Assembly: GCA_012295275.1 (NCBI GenBank)
Contig: CM022676.1
Coordinates: 558,001-622,000, forward strand
Direction of reading: 5' to 3'
Source of the DNA: Chrysomallon squamiferum
Lineage: Eukaryota; Animalia; Mollusca
Length of the DNA: 64,000 bases
The notes beneath the pieces are model-generated. The model did not search any database and was not told where the DNA came from. It saw only the letters and a list, made by a program, of their open reading frames with translations. The translations under genes were made by a program, and so were the position numbers. The first letter of the stretch is position 1. Each line of letters opens with the position of its first letter. Shown here piece after piece: positions 27,058 to 41,289 of this stretch.

Positions 27058-27963
27058 TAATAATAATAATTCAAAATTAGAAATACAAATACAAATATAC
27101 TGTGGTAAGATTTGCAGTTTTATTTTATAAAAGAAAAGACTGAATCTAGCTGCCTGCATTATGTGATAATTCTATATCTAACTGTTTGACAGTTCCTAAG
27201 CGGTCCCACTGTCTGACATAAGATAATTATATTAAAATGTATCGACTGTTTATCCCAACCTACACGAATCATAGAAAATCACGAAAAATATGTACTTGTG
27301 AAATAGATTTCAGATTTTTCAGTTATAGCTTATTAAAGCAAGGAATGATCAATAGTTTTACAATTCGTGTGTATTTTACATCCTGCATTTAACTGTTACA
27401 TATGTAAAACAATCATGTAGGTAGGTATACATATTATTATAGATTAATTTTAATTAATTTGCACCTGTGACTTCTTGTTTCTCTATGTGCAGTTTACTAC
27501 TTCTTAGTCGAAACATGACAGCATAAGAAAAGATGATATGAAATGTTTGTTTAGTTCCTCCAATATTGCCGCTGTGTCGATGCTCGCAAGACCACTATAT
27601 AAAGTCAGTGTTTGTTGGTTATGTAGGTCAGATAAATATCGTATGTCACAGGTACGTGAGATATACACAGATATACCCGGATGTTATTTACAACGATCTG
27701 ACAAATTCATTGTTAATCTGACAAATGTCTGGACATGTGTAGAAATAAATAGTAAAAATAAAAAAATAAAAAAAATAATAGTAATAATAATTATCGGCAT
27801 TTTGTTATGATTTGACATTTTAAGTTTCTCGGATAAATAGTAGATTTGTAATTATTTTTCAATATTTTTCTTTAATAACTATAAATATTTAAAAAAATGA
27901 CATACCTGAAACGACTGCAGGTGTAACAAGTAAAACAATCCAAATGTATGAAAAGAAAAACAT
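11873..27963 (-). CDS. Gene B: type-I membrane receptor, signal peptide-SRCRx3-Ig-FN3x4-TM-tyrosine-motif tail (about 927 aa by one splice path)
   Basis: Exons 27906-27963, 24516-24660, 23676-23845, 22716-22860, 22259-22428, 21387-21531, 20882-21051, 19571-19873, 18950-19249, 18330-18629, 17712-18011, 16558-16857, 13559-13672, 13068-13101, 12668-12720, 12112-12136, 11873-11924 are phase-compatible, GT-AG, and total 2784 nt. Tail exons are less certain. Confidence 0.8.
13559..13672 (-). CDS. Transmembrane exon of gene B
   Basis: [38 protein letters not shown]; 114 nt, phase 1-1, hydrophobic run followed by a basic stop-transfer. Confidence 0.9.
14343..16250 (+). mobile_element. Degenerate, internally deleted non-LTR retrotransposon (I/Nimb-like) in a gene B intron
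   Basis: gag-like remnant (VKAVYL..IPNP; [24 protein letters not shown]); endonuclease start [12 protein letters not shown]...LCLHVTFL at ~15657; ORF2 C-terminal remnant [10 protein letters not shown]...FLKE. Confidence 0.7.
16558..16857 (-). CDS. FN3 exon 4 of gene B
   Basis: 300 nt, phase 1-1, GPPRIPSNV...[10 protein letters not shown]...YNKYGD. Confidence 0.92.
17712..18011 (-). CDS. FN3 exon 3 of gene B
   Basis: 300 nt, phase 1-1, open frame, donor gtgcgt. Confidence 0.9.
18330..18629 (-). CDS. FN3 exon 2 of gene B
   Basis: 300 nt, phase 1-1, donor gtaaga. Confidence 0.92.
18950..19249 (-). CDS. FN3 exon 1 of gene B
   Basis: 300 nt, phase 1-1, donor gtaaga. Confidence 0.92.
19571..19873 (-). 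CDS. Ig-like exon lacking the canonical cysteines (gene B)
   Basis: SPRLDHRF...[22 protein letters not shown]...[21 protein letters not shown]...; 303 nt, phase 1-1. Confidence 0.85.
20271..20440 (-). pseudogene. 3' half of an Ig exon with the 5' half and acceptor missing
   Basis: [56 protein letters not shown]|gtaact; upstream is an in-frame stop and SRCR-type intron sequence. Confidence 0.75.
20882..21531 (-). CDS. SRCR domain 3 of gene B (exons 21387-21531, 20882-21051)
   Basis: [41 protein letters not shown]...[19 protein letters not shown]; 6 Cys, group A. Confidence 0.92.
22259..22860 (-). CDS. SRCR domain 2 of gene B (exons 22716-22860, 22259-22428)
   Basis: ...[18 protein letters not shown]...[19 protein letters not shown]. 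Confidence 0.92.
23676..24660 (-). CDS. SRCR domain 1 of gene B (exons 24516-24660, 23676-23845)
   Basis: ...[18 protein letters not shown]...[47 protein letters not shown]. Confidence 0.92.
26273..26454 (+). repeat. 21-bp minisatellite, 9 units
   Basis: taaaacaaactgtagaaatcc-like units every 21 nt from 26273 to 26441. Confidence 0.9.
27906..27963 (-). CDS. Signal-peptide first exon of gene B
   Basis: [23 protein letters not shown]|gtatg; 58 nt, phase 1. Confidence 0.8.
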
Positions 27964-29029
27964 TTCTCATCTAAAAACTGAACAGACGAGTTTGTCTCCG
28001 TCAAACGCAACTAGTCTAATTTACGTCCTGATTTGTGTGTTTAACTACGTGTTATCTCGACTGACCCGGTGTACTTTGTAACCGCAGTGCTCCTTCACAT
28101 ACAGATAAAGAAAAATACAAATAAAGTAAGTTTAGTCTACAAAGTATTTTGTTAAGAATCAACACGAAAATCTTTCAGAGCAGTATTTTTTTAATTTTTT
28201 TTTAATAAGCTTTATATAAAATTAATAAAATCATTTAAAACTGAACACTGTTTAAACACTAAGTAAACATGCATAGAAAATATGACTTTTGAATAAATAA
28301 GTAAACTTACTAAAAACTGGCTGAAAGATTTTAATTAATTTATTTTCTTTCGTGCCTTCGTTACTGTAAAATGTTTGGGAATTTATGAGATTTTTCTCAC
28401 AAAAGGAAAACCATTTGCAGTTGATTTCTGGTAATGTTACGATGTAGAAAGAGAAAATAAAATAAAACTGTATAACCACTTTCAGTACTTTCGAGAAAGC
28501 CAGATACTAACTCTTTAAAGAAATTTAATATTTTCATAGTCTTCTTCTAGAAACGCAGAATGCCAATTATTGTTATAGATGATGATTTTCATTGTAGATA
28601 CGAACTCTTTTAAGACATTAATTATCTATAGAACATTTGCAAATTCACCAGTGTTCTGAAACGAAACGACAACGTATAAACAATCATTCTTATAACTTTT
28701 CACATCGCCTGCTAGGAGCAGTCTAAAAGTTGCCCAATGCTGATATTAGAGACACTACATTAAACTTGTCAAACATTCAGTAGTAAAAGTAGGGATAGAA
28801 TCTGTGACACAAACCCATAGACACACAGATATATATATATGTATATACACACATACATGTCTCTGTGTGTCTATGGGTTTGTGTGTGTGCACTTAGGTGC
28901 ATTACTGCATGCACGTATGAATGTATGTGTGTATATATATATATATATGTTTGTGTGTGTAACTGTGCTTGTATGAATGTATGTGTGTGTGTGTGTGTGT
29001 ACTTAGGTGCATTCGTGCATGTACGTATG

Positions 29030-32000
29030 TATAGTGAATGATGTATCCTGTTTCTGTTAAAAGATTTCGTATGTGTGTTAAACCGTTATTATACCAACTG
29101 CGGAAAAATAAACTGTGTTGTACCATAACGGCTCATTTACTATTTCGTCACAAGTTTCAGTTTTTCTTTTAAAGCACAAGATCTTTATGCACAAAACATC
29201 ATTCCAAAAATAATTTTTAAACTTTTTGTTTATATATTCACCAACATTGGCTCCCGGTTTAGATAAAGCTAGATTATCTATATATTTATTTAAAACCCAT
29301 TTTCATTTGCTGTCCGATTGTAACAAGTGTCTTAACCAAGAAACTTTTAAAGCTTTAATGAATGTTAGTGTTTCAACCATTTTTAACTCACCCTCGGTAT
29401 AATGTTTTGTAATAATTGAGCGTTTAATTCTATCTGGACCATATTTCCATATAAATGAGAAAATCATTTTATTTAATTTTAATATATATTCTTTGGGTGG
29501 ATTTGGTAGGCTGGTAAAAATATGAGATTGTTTTGACATAGCTAATGATTTTACAACCGTTACACTACCACATATAGTTCTGCATCTGCCATGCCACGAA
29601 TTTCACCGTTTTTAAATTTTTACCAGCTTTTCATCCAAATCTAGTGTCCGAATATTGTCTAGTTGTTTATTAAGTGTCAAATCTAGAACTTCAAAATGTT
29701 TTCACGCCAGTCTAGACTTAGCCGTTTGCACGTTTCTGCCATAGTATTCGCAAGGGACATAAACCAATAGCTTTTGTTTTTTTCTTATATATATATATTT
29801 TTTTTTTTTTTCAGGCCCGATATATCTCTAAAAATGTCTAAAAGTATGTATTGCTTTCCTTATAGAGGAAGGAGATCCATCTAAATACAATTGAGTGTCA
29901 TCAGCAAATTGTCCAGTTTTATATTCCAAATCCTATATATCAATGCGTTTAATTAGAGGATTTGACCGAACAAGAATTCCATGAATTTCTATATAAAATA
30001 AATAAATATGGTGAAAGGGGATCGCCTTGCCTACAACCTCTTTCTATGTTAAAAGGTTCCGAGAGATGTCCGTTTTGTAAAATGTATGCCTTTGCATTAT
30101 CGTAAAAGTAAAAACCCATCTACGAATTGATGGACCGAAAAAAAAATATTGTAAAGTTTTGTGCATGAATTGCATTGATATAGAATCAAATGTTTTTTTC
30201 AAAATCAATTAAAAGTATCAGTCCTGGTGTTTTATTAGTCTTACTTTCGAATAAAATATCATACAGTGTCCTTATATTTTCCCCAATAAAGCGTCCTCCT
30301 ACAAAGCCCTTCTGATCTTCATTTTCAGTTCTATTTAAAAGTGGCTTTATTCAAGTGCTTAGCAGGCGGATGCTAGTTTATAAATAACATTTAACACTGA
30401 TATAGGTCTCCAGTCTTTTAAAACATGTTTGTTCTTATTTGCTTTTGAATACAGGTAATTAGCCCTCGTCTAAGTGATAGAGACACCTCTTCCTTATCAT
30501 AACCGTCATTTATCGTTTTTAAAACAAAATCACCCAAGTCTATCCGGAAGAATTTGAAAAACTCGTAATTTTAAAATTGTCTTTGAAACACAATTTCTAG
30601 TCTCTAAACTATAAAATATGCACTTGGCTTGACATGACAATATTCTTGACCGTAGATAGGCGCCTTCTGTTTTATTATCTCTGATAGTTTCTAATTTCCG
30701 TTGTGTGTCGTGTAGTTCATCTAAAATATTTTCATCTATGTTCTGAACATTATTATTTATTTATTTTTCAATAATTGATATTTTTGTTTCTAAGTCAGTT
30801 TCGTCTTTTAACGCCTGACGTTTTTACCAAGTAGCATACGATATCGTTTTACCTCTTATTTTCATTAACAATGTTTCTAAAAATAATGATACCGGTATCT
30901 TAAAATTTAAATCAGCATTACTTATCATTTGAATAGTTTCATTTTTAACTGATAGACCATATTAATTTTTAGTCTTTTTTTTTTTTTTATCATATTTTTA
31001 ATTTGAGTACGATAAGATGGGTCCTTTAATAAGGAGTTGTTAAATTTCCAATATCCTCTACCGCATTCTTAATCAGTAAAATTACATGTTATATTAATCG
31101 CATTATGGTGAGATCTATAAGGCATTATTATTTTAGCATCTAATACATTATGAAAAATACTTCGAGATACAAGAAAGTTATCCAGTCTAGCCTGCTGTCT
31201 AGGTTTTTTTCCTCTTCCACGTAAATGATTTAGTGTCTCCATTTGATATTCTCCAAACATCGTTTTCATTTATAGTTTCTGATACTACTTGTCTGGCTCT
31301 TGGGTTATTAATACGTTGAGGAATTTTCCTATATCTAGTTGTGGGTCTAATACAAAGTTCCAGTCTCCACAGAATATCACGTCTTCTTGTTCAAAATTAA
31401 TTTTATTAAAAATATCCAGATAGAATGGTGGTAAATCTTTATTTAGGCCATAAATATTTACTATAGATAAATCAGTATGTTTATTTATCGTTAATCTAGT
31501 TATTATATAGTTAACGGTTAGGTCTATGAACGTATGTTCATTATCAGTAACATATTAATGATCATTACTAAATAGAATAGCAAGTTTCCTCTTTCTTATA
31601 TTATAAGGTGCTATTATTGTCTGCATATTCCATAACTGGTTCATACGCCCTGCACCTTTTTCATCTTTATGAATGTTCTGCAAACATATTATCGAATATA
31701 TATATATATATATAATCTTTTTTTTTTGATTTATAGTAATTTAAAACATCTCTCAAAAACGTTTCATCTGCAAGGCCCTGACAGTTTGCTGACACAAACT
31801 TAATACCATTATCCATTTGGAATTTTGACAAAGAACATTTGTAACTGTAATAGTAATAATGTAAAGCGAACTCAGTAAGCTTTAAGATACGTTCCTAGTA
31901 CTTAATGATAACCTTCTTTCGCTAACCACGTACAAAGTAGTGTAAATGTACACATGATACGCTGTACCAAAGTCATTTTCACAGAAAAAGTGAAAAAATA

Positions 32001-32717
32001 GGTAGTTGGCAACTGTGTTTGCAACATCCCAACAATAACAATATAAGAACATCAATATCCTAAAAAATAAATCCCTCAACAATGAACAATGTACTGCGCT
32101 TTTGTGGAAAAAATATGTGAATAGTAATGACCAAAAAACAACAACGAAGAAACAGATGATATTTATAACTATTTATCCTAAAAAATGCATGCCTATCGCC
32201 AACTTGGAATACGTGAACACACACAAATAGAAGCATTGTGCCTTGGCAATAAATAAAAAAAATAGAAGAAATTAAATTAAAAGAAACAGTTGAGTGAGTG
32301 GTGCTCATCTAGTTTTCATCGTTTGATTGTTTTATGTATATATATATATTACTAGGCTAATAACAATCTTTGCTGGATCACACTAACAAAAGATTACACA
32401 CCAGCAAGTAAGCTTCATGTATCTTGTAAACTAACCAAAATGTAGTATATACATAATATACATATAAAATTGCGTAGTTGAAAAACGATATGGGTATGAT
32501 GTGTTTGAGTTTAAATTTTAATAGCCTTCCACACACGCCCAACCACTCTGGCTTCAAGAATAACAGCAGCATGCACAACTCTTATTCTGGTTTTCATGTG
32601 TTTTTCTTTTCTAATTTTATATGTCTCAGTGGCAAGCAAAAAAACTATTTTTTCCACCTTGTCTTAACCATTACTGAATCAGTCTTCTTCTACAACATAA
32701 TTCTCATTGACTCCGAG
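29030..32717 (-). mobile_element. Dead L1/Tx1-clade LINE (endonuclease + RT, many frameshifts)
   Basis: Reverse complement encodes SANCQGL, ICLQ.IH, CGDWN, RLDNFLVS, GCRQGDPLSPYLF, QFADD. Confidence 0.9.
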
Positions 32718-32932
32718 TTTTAAATAAAATGAACAAAAATACAATGGAATTTTAAACAAGAAGATATTCTTGGAATTGTGCGACGATTTGTTATTTTAGA
32801 ACAAATATAAAAATGTATGTTTGTCCAATGACTGCAGACTTATGCTCTGTACGTAATTTTGTTTTATTTATTTGTTCTTATTACTCAGTATTTCACTTTT
32901 AATCACTATATACATAAAACTAATATAAATAC

Positions 32933-32990
32933 CTGAAACGACTGTAGGTAGAACAAGTAAGTAAATCAAAATATACGGAAAGAAAAACAT
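32933..32990 (-). CDS. Second signal-peptide exon (paralogous, possibly an alternative first exon)
   Basis: MFFFPYILIYLLVLPTVVS G|gtattt; 58 nt, phase 1, homologous to 27906-27963. Confidence 0.7.
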
Positions 32991-35724
32991 TTCTTGTTTG
33001 AAAAAGTAGACAGATCTGTCAAAATCTGTCAAAATCTGTCAAAAACAACGTTAATTAAGATGTTGATTCACTTTTTTATATATATAACATGTTGACAGAT
33101 GCAGTTTATTTTTAAACCGCACTGGCGTTTGTAACAGTTGTTGTTAGTAGGTGATCGGAACGTATGACACAATAAAGATAATAAGATCAAATAAGTTTAG
33201 CTTACAAAGCGTTTTTATTAAGAATGGTGAACAATACCTTTCAGTGTGGTAGTTTGCAAATCATGCATGTCAGTATGACATAATGGAAAGTACTCACATT
33301 AGTCATTCATATATATCTACCTGTCTTTCTATGTATCTATATATATATTTATTTATTTATATGTCTGTATACCTATCTGTCTATCTATCTAGCTCTTTTC
33401 ATTTATTTATTTATTTAAAATAACATCGACATTATGTACACTTTAGAAATGTAAGCTAAAATTACGCATAGATACGTCTATGTGTGTATATGTGTGAGTG
33501 CCTCTATTTGTTTGTGTATGTGTGTCTATGTTTGATTATGTGTGCATGCCTATGTATGTGTGTATGTGTGTGATTTTGTGAATGAATAGTGTCTGGAATA
33601 TAATACACTTGAATTTTTGGTTCATCAACTATAAAATAAAAATCATACTGTTAACGGTGTTGATTAGAATAATACAGAGAGTAACTACAATACTCAGTCA
33701 TTTATCAGTATGGGCGCAGTCTGAATTTAACTATTAAACAATTTAATGAACATGAATTTTAGTATAATCCTCTCCCTTCTCTCTTCACACTTACACTTCG
33801 TTCTTGCTAATTGATTATTATAATTATGAATGGATATTTGTTTGATCTTTGCAGAATATGAACTATACCTAAGCTTCTTCATTCCTACTATATTTTCAAT
33901 CTTTTTTTAAAAACACAGTCTTATCTGTTTTCCATCAAGGTGACGTGTTTAATGTGCAGTGGTCTGTGTTGTTATAATTACCTATATATATATATACTAT
34001 ATATGTGAATTCAGTAAACTGTAGAACTGAAAAAAGAAAATGTTTACGTTGGAGATAATATTCTGGAGGCATTCTGAAATTTACAAAGCGTACACAAACG
34101 TCTCTTTCTTTTCGCTTTTTGTACTTTTTTTCTTCTTTTTCTTATTTATTTATTTATTATTCATTTATTATTTTATTATTAAAAAAACTCCTGTGAAATA
34201 ATCATGAAATTATATTTTCTATCAGAAATTATTAAAATATTGAATAGTTTGTTTGTATTTTTGTTTGTTATTCTTACTGTTTGATAAAATTTACTTTCTT
34301 ACTGTTGTTACTACAGACACTGTTATATTATTATTGCTGCTATTATTGTTATTGCTGTTGTTGTTTGGTTATCTGTCAAACGCTGACTGTGATGTAGTTT
34401 TCACTTTGTTGTGGGCTGTTTATTTCAAACTGAGTAAAGCGGTCTGTGATAAGTATTTTTACTCCAACATGTTTAACGAATGTGAACGTTTCTACCATGA
34501 AAACAAAATCTGTTTTTCAAATGGCGAGCATTATTACCAGACTCTACGTTCCTCAGGGTTGGATACTTTATCAAGAAGACAGTCCAATATGGTGCTACAT
34601 TGATATGTCAGAATACTGCATGAAAAGATATTTGATGTTGTAATTTATATATTCAAATACAATTTAGCCAGTATTTGTCTTGTATTCAAATTTAGAGTAA
34701 TTAAATGAATGAATGAATAAATAAATAAATAAATAAACCAATAAATAAATAAATAAAGTATTTCCATAACTGTTTCTAGAACAAGAACAACGACTATTAC
34801 TAATACTACTCGTAGTAGTAGTAATAATAATAACTAGATTCTGTACTACTATTGTTTTATTATGTAGAATGAAAGAAAAGTATACACGCAGAAAAACGTC
34901 GCAGTTAAACGAATCTGTACATGGTTGACACTGAAATAGTTAAAGACCTGATTCAGTTCTACTAATACGTGATGATAGGATCTTTATTTTAAACAATCAT
35001 TTATTATTAGTATTTGAAGTTACAAACATCAACTAAGAAACAGTGGAAAGATTACTATGGAACCCAGCGTGTTAGAGATCTACGACGCTATGCTGGATAA
35101 TGTTAAAAAACAAAGGCAGGGCCACCACAGACTTGAAATATACTTTATCAGAGAAATGTGAATGAAAGAAGAGTTGAGGTACAAGACGACAGTTATATGA
35201 CTGTACTATATGAGTGACACATTAGAAGAAAGAAATCTTACTGCACGTCCGTATGTTATCTCAAGGTCAAGATGTCGTGTTAGAGAATTACAAAATAGGA
35301 ATGATTATAAAATGAATGCCAAATTAATGTTTCTATAGGATCTTTGTAATCAGTATCTTCAATCTTCTTTCATTATTATTAACACAATTACATAGTTTTG
35401 AGACACACATTTGAAATTGTGACTCCTGCAATTTGTTTTCACAATAACATCCAGTTGGCTGTGCTGAATATTAGTCCACATCAGTCCACATAGCATGCTG
35501 TGTGAGCGATTTCTGTAGCAGAATAACAACATGTCTGTTCTGAAAAGATATTTCAACATGGTGAAGTACAAGTATGTTCTGCTCACTGCATCTGACCTGT
35601 CAACATCAGCCAAACAGTGAGAACTCGACTGAAAACCTAAAAATTATTATAAAGTTCCCGTCGTCGTTGATTATGGTTTACTTGAAATTGGAACGATGTA
35701 GATTCAGCTTATTCTCTGTGTGTG

Positions 35725-35766
<42 letters not shown>

Positions 35767-35900
35767 TTAAATTCGAATGTTTACGTCTCTAACCCACGGG
35801 AAACATATTCAAATATAAATATAAAAACCAGTGAAAAAGTTACTGAAATGCTTTGAACGTGAGGACACGAACCATTCTATCAATACTCTGTGTTACCCCC

Positions 35901-36669
<769 letters not shown>

Positions 36670-38173
36670 GTCTCTCTATGTCTGTCTGTATGTATATATA
36701 TATATTAGACTGCATATAGAATGAAGTACCTAAATATTTATATATGTATCTAAAGTCGGTCCTCGATATCACGGACCAATTGGTAGGGCGGCAACACCGG
36801 TCTGGAAAATGTCAGTACACGTAACAATTACATAGAAATATTACACAATAATGTAACAACAATATTCAAGCATAGAAACAAAGTCAACAAGGAAAAATGC
36901 ACAGTAGACAAATATTGACTAGGCTTGGTAAAATTTGTTAGCTTTTATGAATGTTATGGGTGCAACTGTGAAATTTACTTTGACCTTGGTGGAAGGTTGC
37001 AGTGATTTTACAGTGGGACTCAGAATAAATTAATACACCCCAGAGGTAATGTTTTAAGCGGGAAATTGCGGTAAGTCCATAATTTGTAATTTTTTGCAGA
37101 TTACTATACATATATTTGATACTTCGTTATTATTATTGCTAAATTTTATTTATTTATTTACTTATTTATTATTTGTTTATTTATTTATTTATTTCTTGAA
37201 CGTAAGAAAGATGAATGTTATTTATATCACTGCATTTGGGCTTCTCTTCAAACTACATTTTGAAAAAATGAATATAATCACACACACACACACACGGCAT
37301 ATTTTTACAGAACATTTCAGCTATCGTGTAGCTTTGTTTTAAATAAATAATAAAATGGGGTTGTGTTTTTATTTTAATACAAAAACGTTCGTTTGTAAAA
37401 AAATAAACGTAAATACGTAACGCACTTCACCTTGTAAGTTGTTAGAAAACCGTTTTGTGTTTTCACTCGACCAGTCTGAACGTAATAAAGTACTAAGTGA
37501 AGTGCCTACGATAACAATGTGTTTCCCAACCTAATAATTCGACAAAATAAATTTACAATTCGGCTTTGAAAGTAAATTTTGGAAATTTGTAAAGATTTTT
37601 TTTTATTAGTATTACACATAATTTTGTTCTGGTTTTTAATCTAGTGTAGAGGTGTTACGCGGTCTTCATGTTTCGCCACTTTCAAAACATATGAAATGTA
37701 CCAGAACAGCGGAGTTCACTGTTTTTTCTACAGTAAAAACGAATCCTGTATTAAGATAATATAGCTACAGTTTGAAAATAGAACTGAAAACGAATGCTTT
37801 CATGATAGAAACAAAATAAATAATCGACTTTTTTATTATAATTTTCCACAAAAGGGCAGTATCATTATCAATAATTTTAAATAACAACTGGAAGCTTTGT
37901 TAATTCATCTCAGATTTAGGAAATTATTGTTTTTAATTTTTAACTCACCAGAGTTGTATCTTGGAATACTTTAATAAACTGGGACAGCTTTTAGATTACG
38001 TCGTAAACTGCAGTTAAAAATTTGAAAATTTACTGGTGGCTGGACTAAATTCATTTTATTTTGTCTGTTTATTACATTCCATTTTTTGTGTTTGGTTTTT
38101 ACTGTTAAAACTAACCATCTGCTGCAAACAAATTTCATCTGAAAATATCACTGAAAATGACAAATTCCTGAAA

Positions 38174-38303
<130 letters not shown>

Positions 38304-38442
38304 AAGATGTTATCGTATTGGGATGCTTTTTTAGTTACTTGATTATTATTATTATTATTATTGTCATCATCATCATCATCATCATCATCACCATAAACAT
38401 CATCATGATTATTATTACTATTATCAACATCTAAGTTGCAAA

Positions 38443-39302
38443 CCACTAAGACATATAAAATTAGAAAAGAAAAACACATGAAAACCAGAATAAGAGTTGT
38501 GCATGCTGCTGTTATTCTTGAAGCCAGAGTGCTTGGGCGTGTGTGGAAGGCTGTTAAAATTTAAACTCAAACACATCATACCCATATCGTTTTTCAACTA
38601 CGCAATTCTTATATGTATATGTGTGCATATGTATATACTACATTTTGGTTAGTTTACAAGATACATGAAGCTTACTTGCTGGTGTGTAATCTTTTGTTAG
38701 TGTGATCCAGCAAAGATTGTTATTAGCCTAGTAATATATATATATAACAATCAAACGATGAAAACTAGATGAGTAAAAGTAGATATAGGCTATCACCCAC
38801 TCACTCAACTGTTTCTTTTAATTTTAATTTCTTTTATTTTTTATATTTATTGCCAAGGCTCAATGCTTCTATTTGTGTGTGTTAACGTACGACTAGCATC
38901 CAAGCTGGCGATAGGCATGCACACAGATTTGCACGTGCAGTGGGTCAGACTGAGTGTCAAATAGTTATAAATATCATCTGTTTCTTTGTTGTTGTTTTTT
39001 GGTCATTACTATTCACATATTTTCCCCCAAAAGCGCAGTACATTGTTCATTGTTGAGTGATTTATTTTTTAGGATATTGATGTTCTCATCTCAGTACCCA
39101 CTATTTTGGGTTTTAATTGTTATTGTTGGGATGTTGCAAACGCAGTTGCCAACTACCTATTTTTCACTTTTTGTGTGAAAATGGCTTTCGTACAGCGTAT
39201 CATGTGTGCATTTACAATATCTTGTACCTGGTTAGTGAAGGAAGGTTATCGTGAAATACTAGGAACATATCTTAAAGCATACTGAGTTCGCTTTACATTA
39301 TT
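38443..39302 (+). mobile_element. Third copy of the segment upstream of L1/Tx1 ORF2
   Basis: Direct match to ~57235-58080; ends where the satellite begins. Confidence 0.8.
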
Positions 39303-40480
39303 ACTTAAGTAAGTACGTAAATAATTATCTGCGTCAGTAAGAAGGTAAGGCCGTGAATAATTACGAAGTAAGTAAGAAAGTTAGTTCGTAAAGAAATACC
39401 TAAGTAAGATAGAAAATAAGTACGTAAATAATACGTAAGTATGAAAGAAGGTAAGTACATAAATAATATCCTAAGTCATAAAGAAATTAAGTACGTAAAT
39501 AATTTCCTAAGTAACAATTAAATAAAAGAAAGTAGGTTACATAAATAATTATCTAAGTGAGAAAGAACGTACGTGAATAAGTAATAAAGAAAGTAAGGAC
39601 GTAGACAATTACCTATGCAAGTAGGAAAGTAACTACCTAAATAATTACCTGAGTAAGAAAGAAATAAAGTATCTTGGTAACTTAGATCGCGTATTAGTAA
39701 GTATATACGGAAGGAAGAGTCTACTTAAGTAGGTACCTGAGGAAGAGTCTAATTAAGTAGGTTTGTGACTGACTAATTATATAAGTAAGTGATTCGGTAA
39801 GTAATTAAGGACATAAGTAAGTAAGTGTTTAAGTGATATAAATAAGTATATACAACCATATATTAAATTGTAAGTAAGTAATTAAACTGTTTGAAATACA
39901 GAGTAGCAATTTTAGAGTGAGTTTGAGAGTCAGTGAGAAAGGAAATAAATCAATGAACGCGTTAGTGAGTCAGTGAGTACATTAGTGAGCATGTAAATAT
40001 GCTAGATGTGTGTAAGTATGTAATTAAGTAAATCTGAACGTACCGTAAGGAAATAAGTAAGTACATTCCTTAGTAATTAATTATTTTAGTATGTAAGGTG
40101 GAGCAAAACTAATTAAGTATGTAAATAAGTAAGTAAATGAGGAAGTAAATAAGAAAGTAAGAGAATGATAAAGAAAGTAATCAAATATGCAACAGTAATG
40201 GTAAGTGAATAAGTATTTAAGTCAATAAAACATAACTAAATAGTCGAAAAAGGAAGGAAGTAAGGATATAAGGAAGAATAGAGTGAGTAAATAAAATAAA
40301 AATATTTTACGTTATTACGTATATAGAAAACATTCAGTTAATCATTAAGCAAATAAGCGAATGAACGAACGAGCGAATAAATCAGAAGTAAGTGAGCAGC
40401 TAAACAATAAAACAGCTGAGCAAGCTGAAGCAGATTAAATAAATAAACAAATAAGCAGCTGGTCAAAATGAACGAGTTAA
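39303..40480. repeat. Degenerate AAGT-based satellite, outer layer
   Basis: aagtaagtacgtaaataattacctaagt-like motifs decaying towards 40480. Confidence 0.8.
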
Positions 40481-40580
40481 GGCAGTAGATGATTAGAATG
40501 ATGATGTAGTCAGTGCCTATGACACTGAAGACAATGATGGTGATAATGACGGTAATGGTGATAATAATAATTAAAGTTTA

Positions 40581-41107
<527 letters not shown>

Positions 41108-41289
41108 TGTCACTGTGTTGAGTATAACCTACTTGAAAGAAAGTTCGTTGTAATTGATGAACGTACGACAAAGTTGAATGTGTATTTATGGACTTTGTGC
41201 GGGGGGATTGGGTGTGTCATGTAAATCCTGATGTACATGCTTGGATCTACATTTATATATATGTACATTTGGTACGTATGGCCTGACTA

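Larger units (their letters stand above)
28779..33976 (-). repeat. Left arm of a ~5.2-kb inverted segmental duplication (partner 55862-61168)
   Basis: Reverse-complement match throughout, including the L1 relic, the (CA)n block and the signal exon. Confidence 0.95.
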
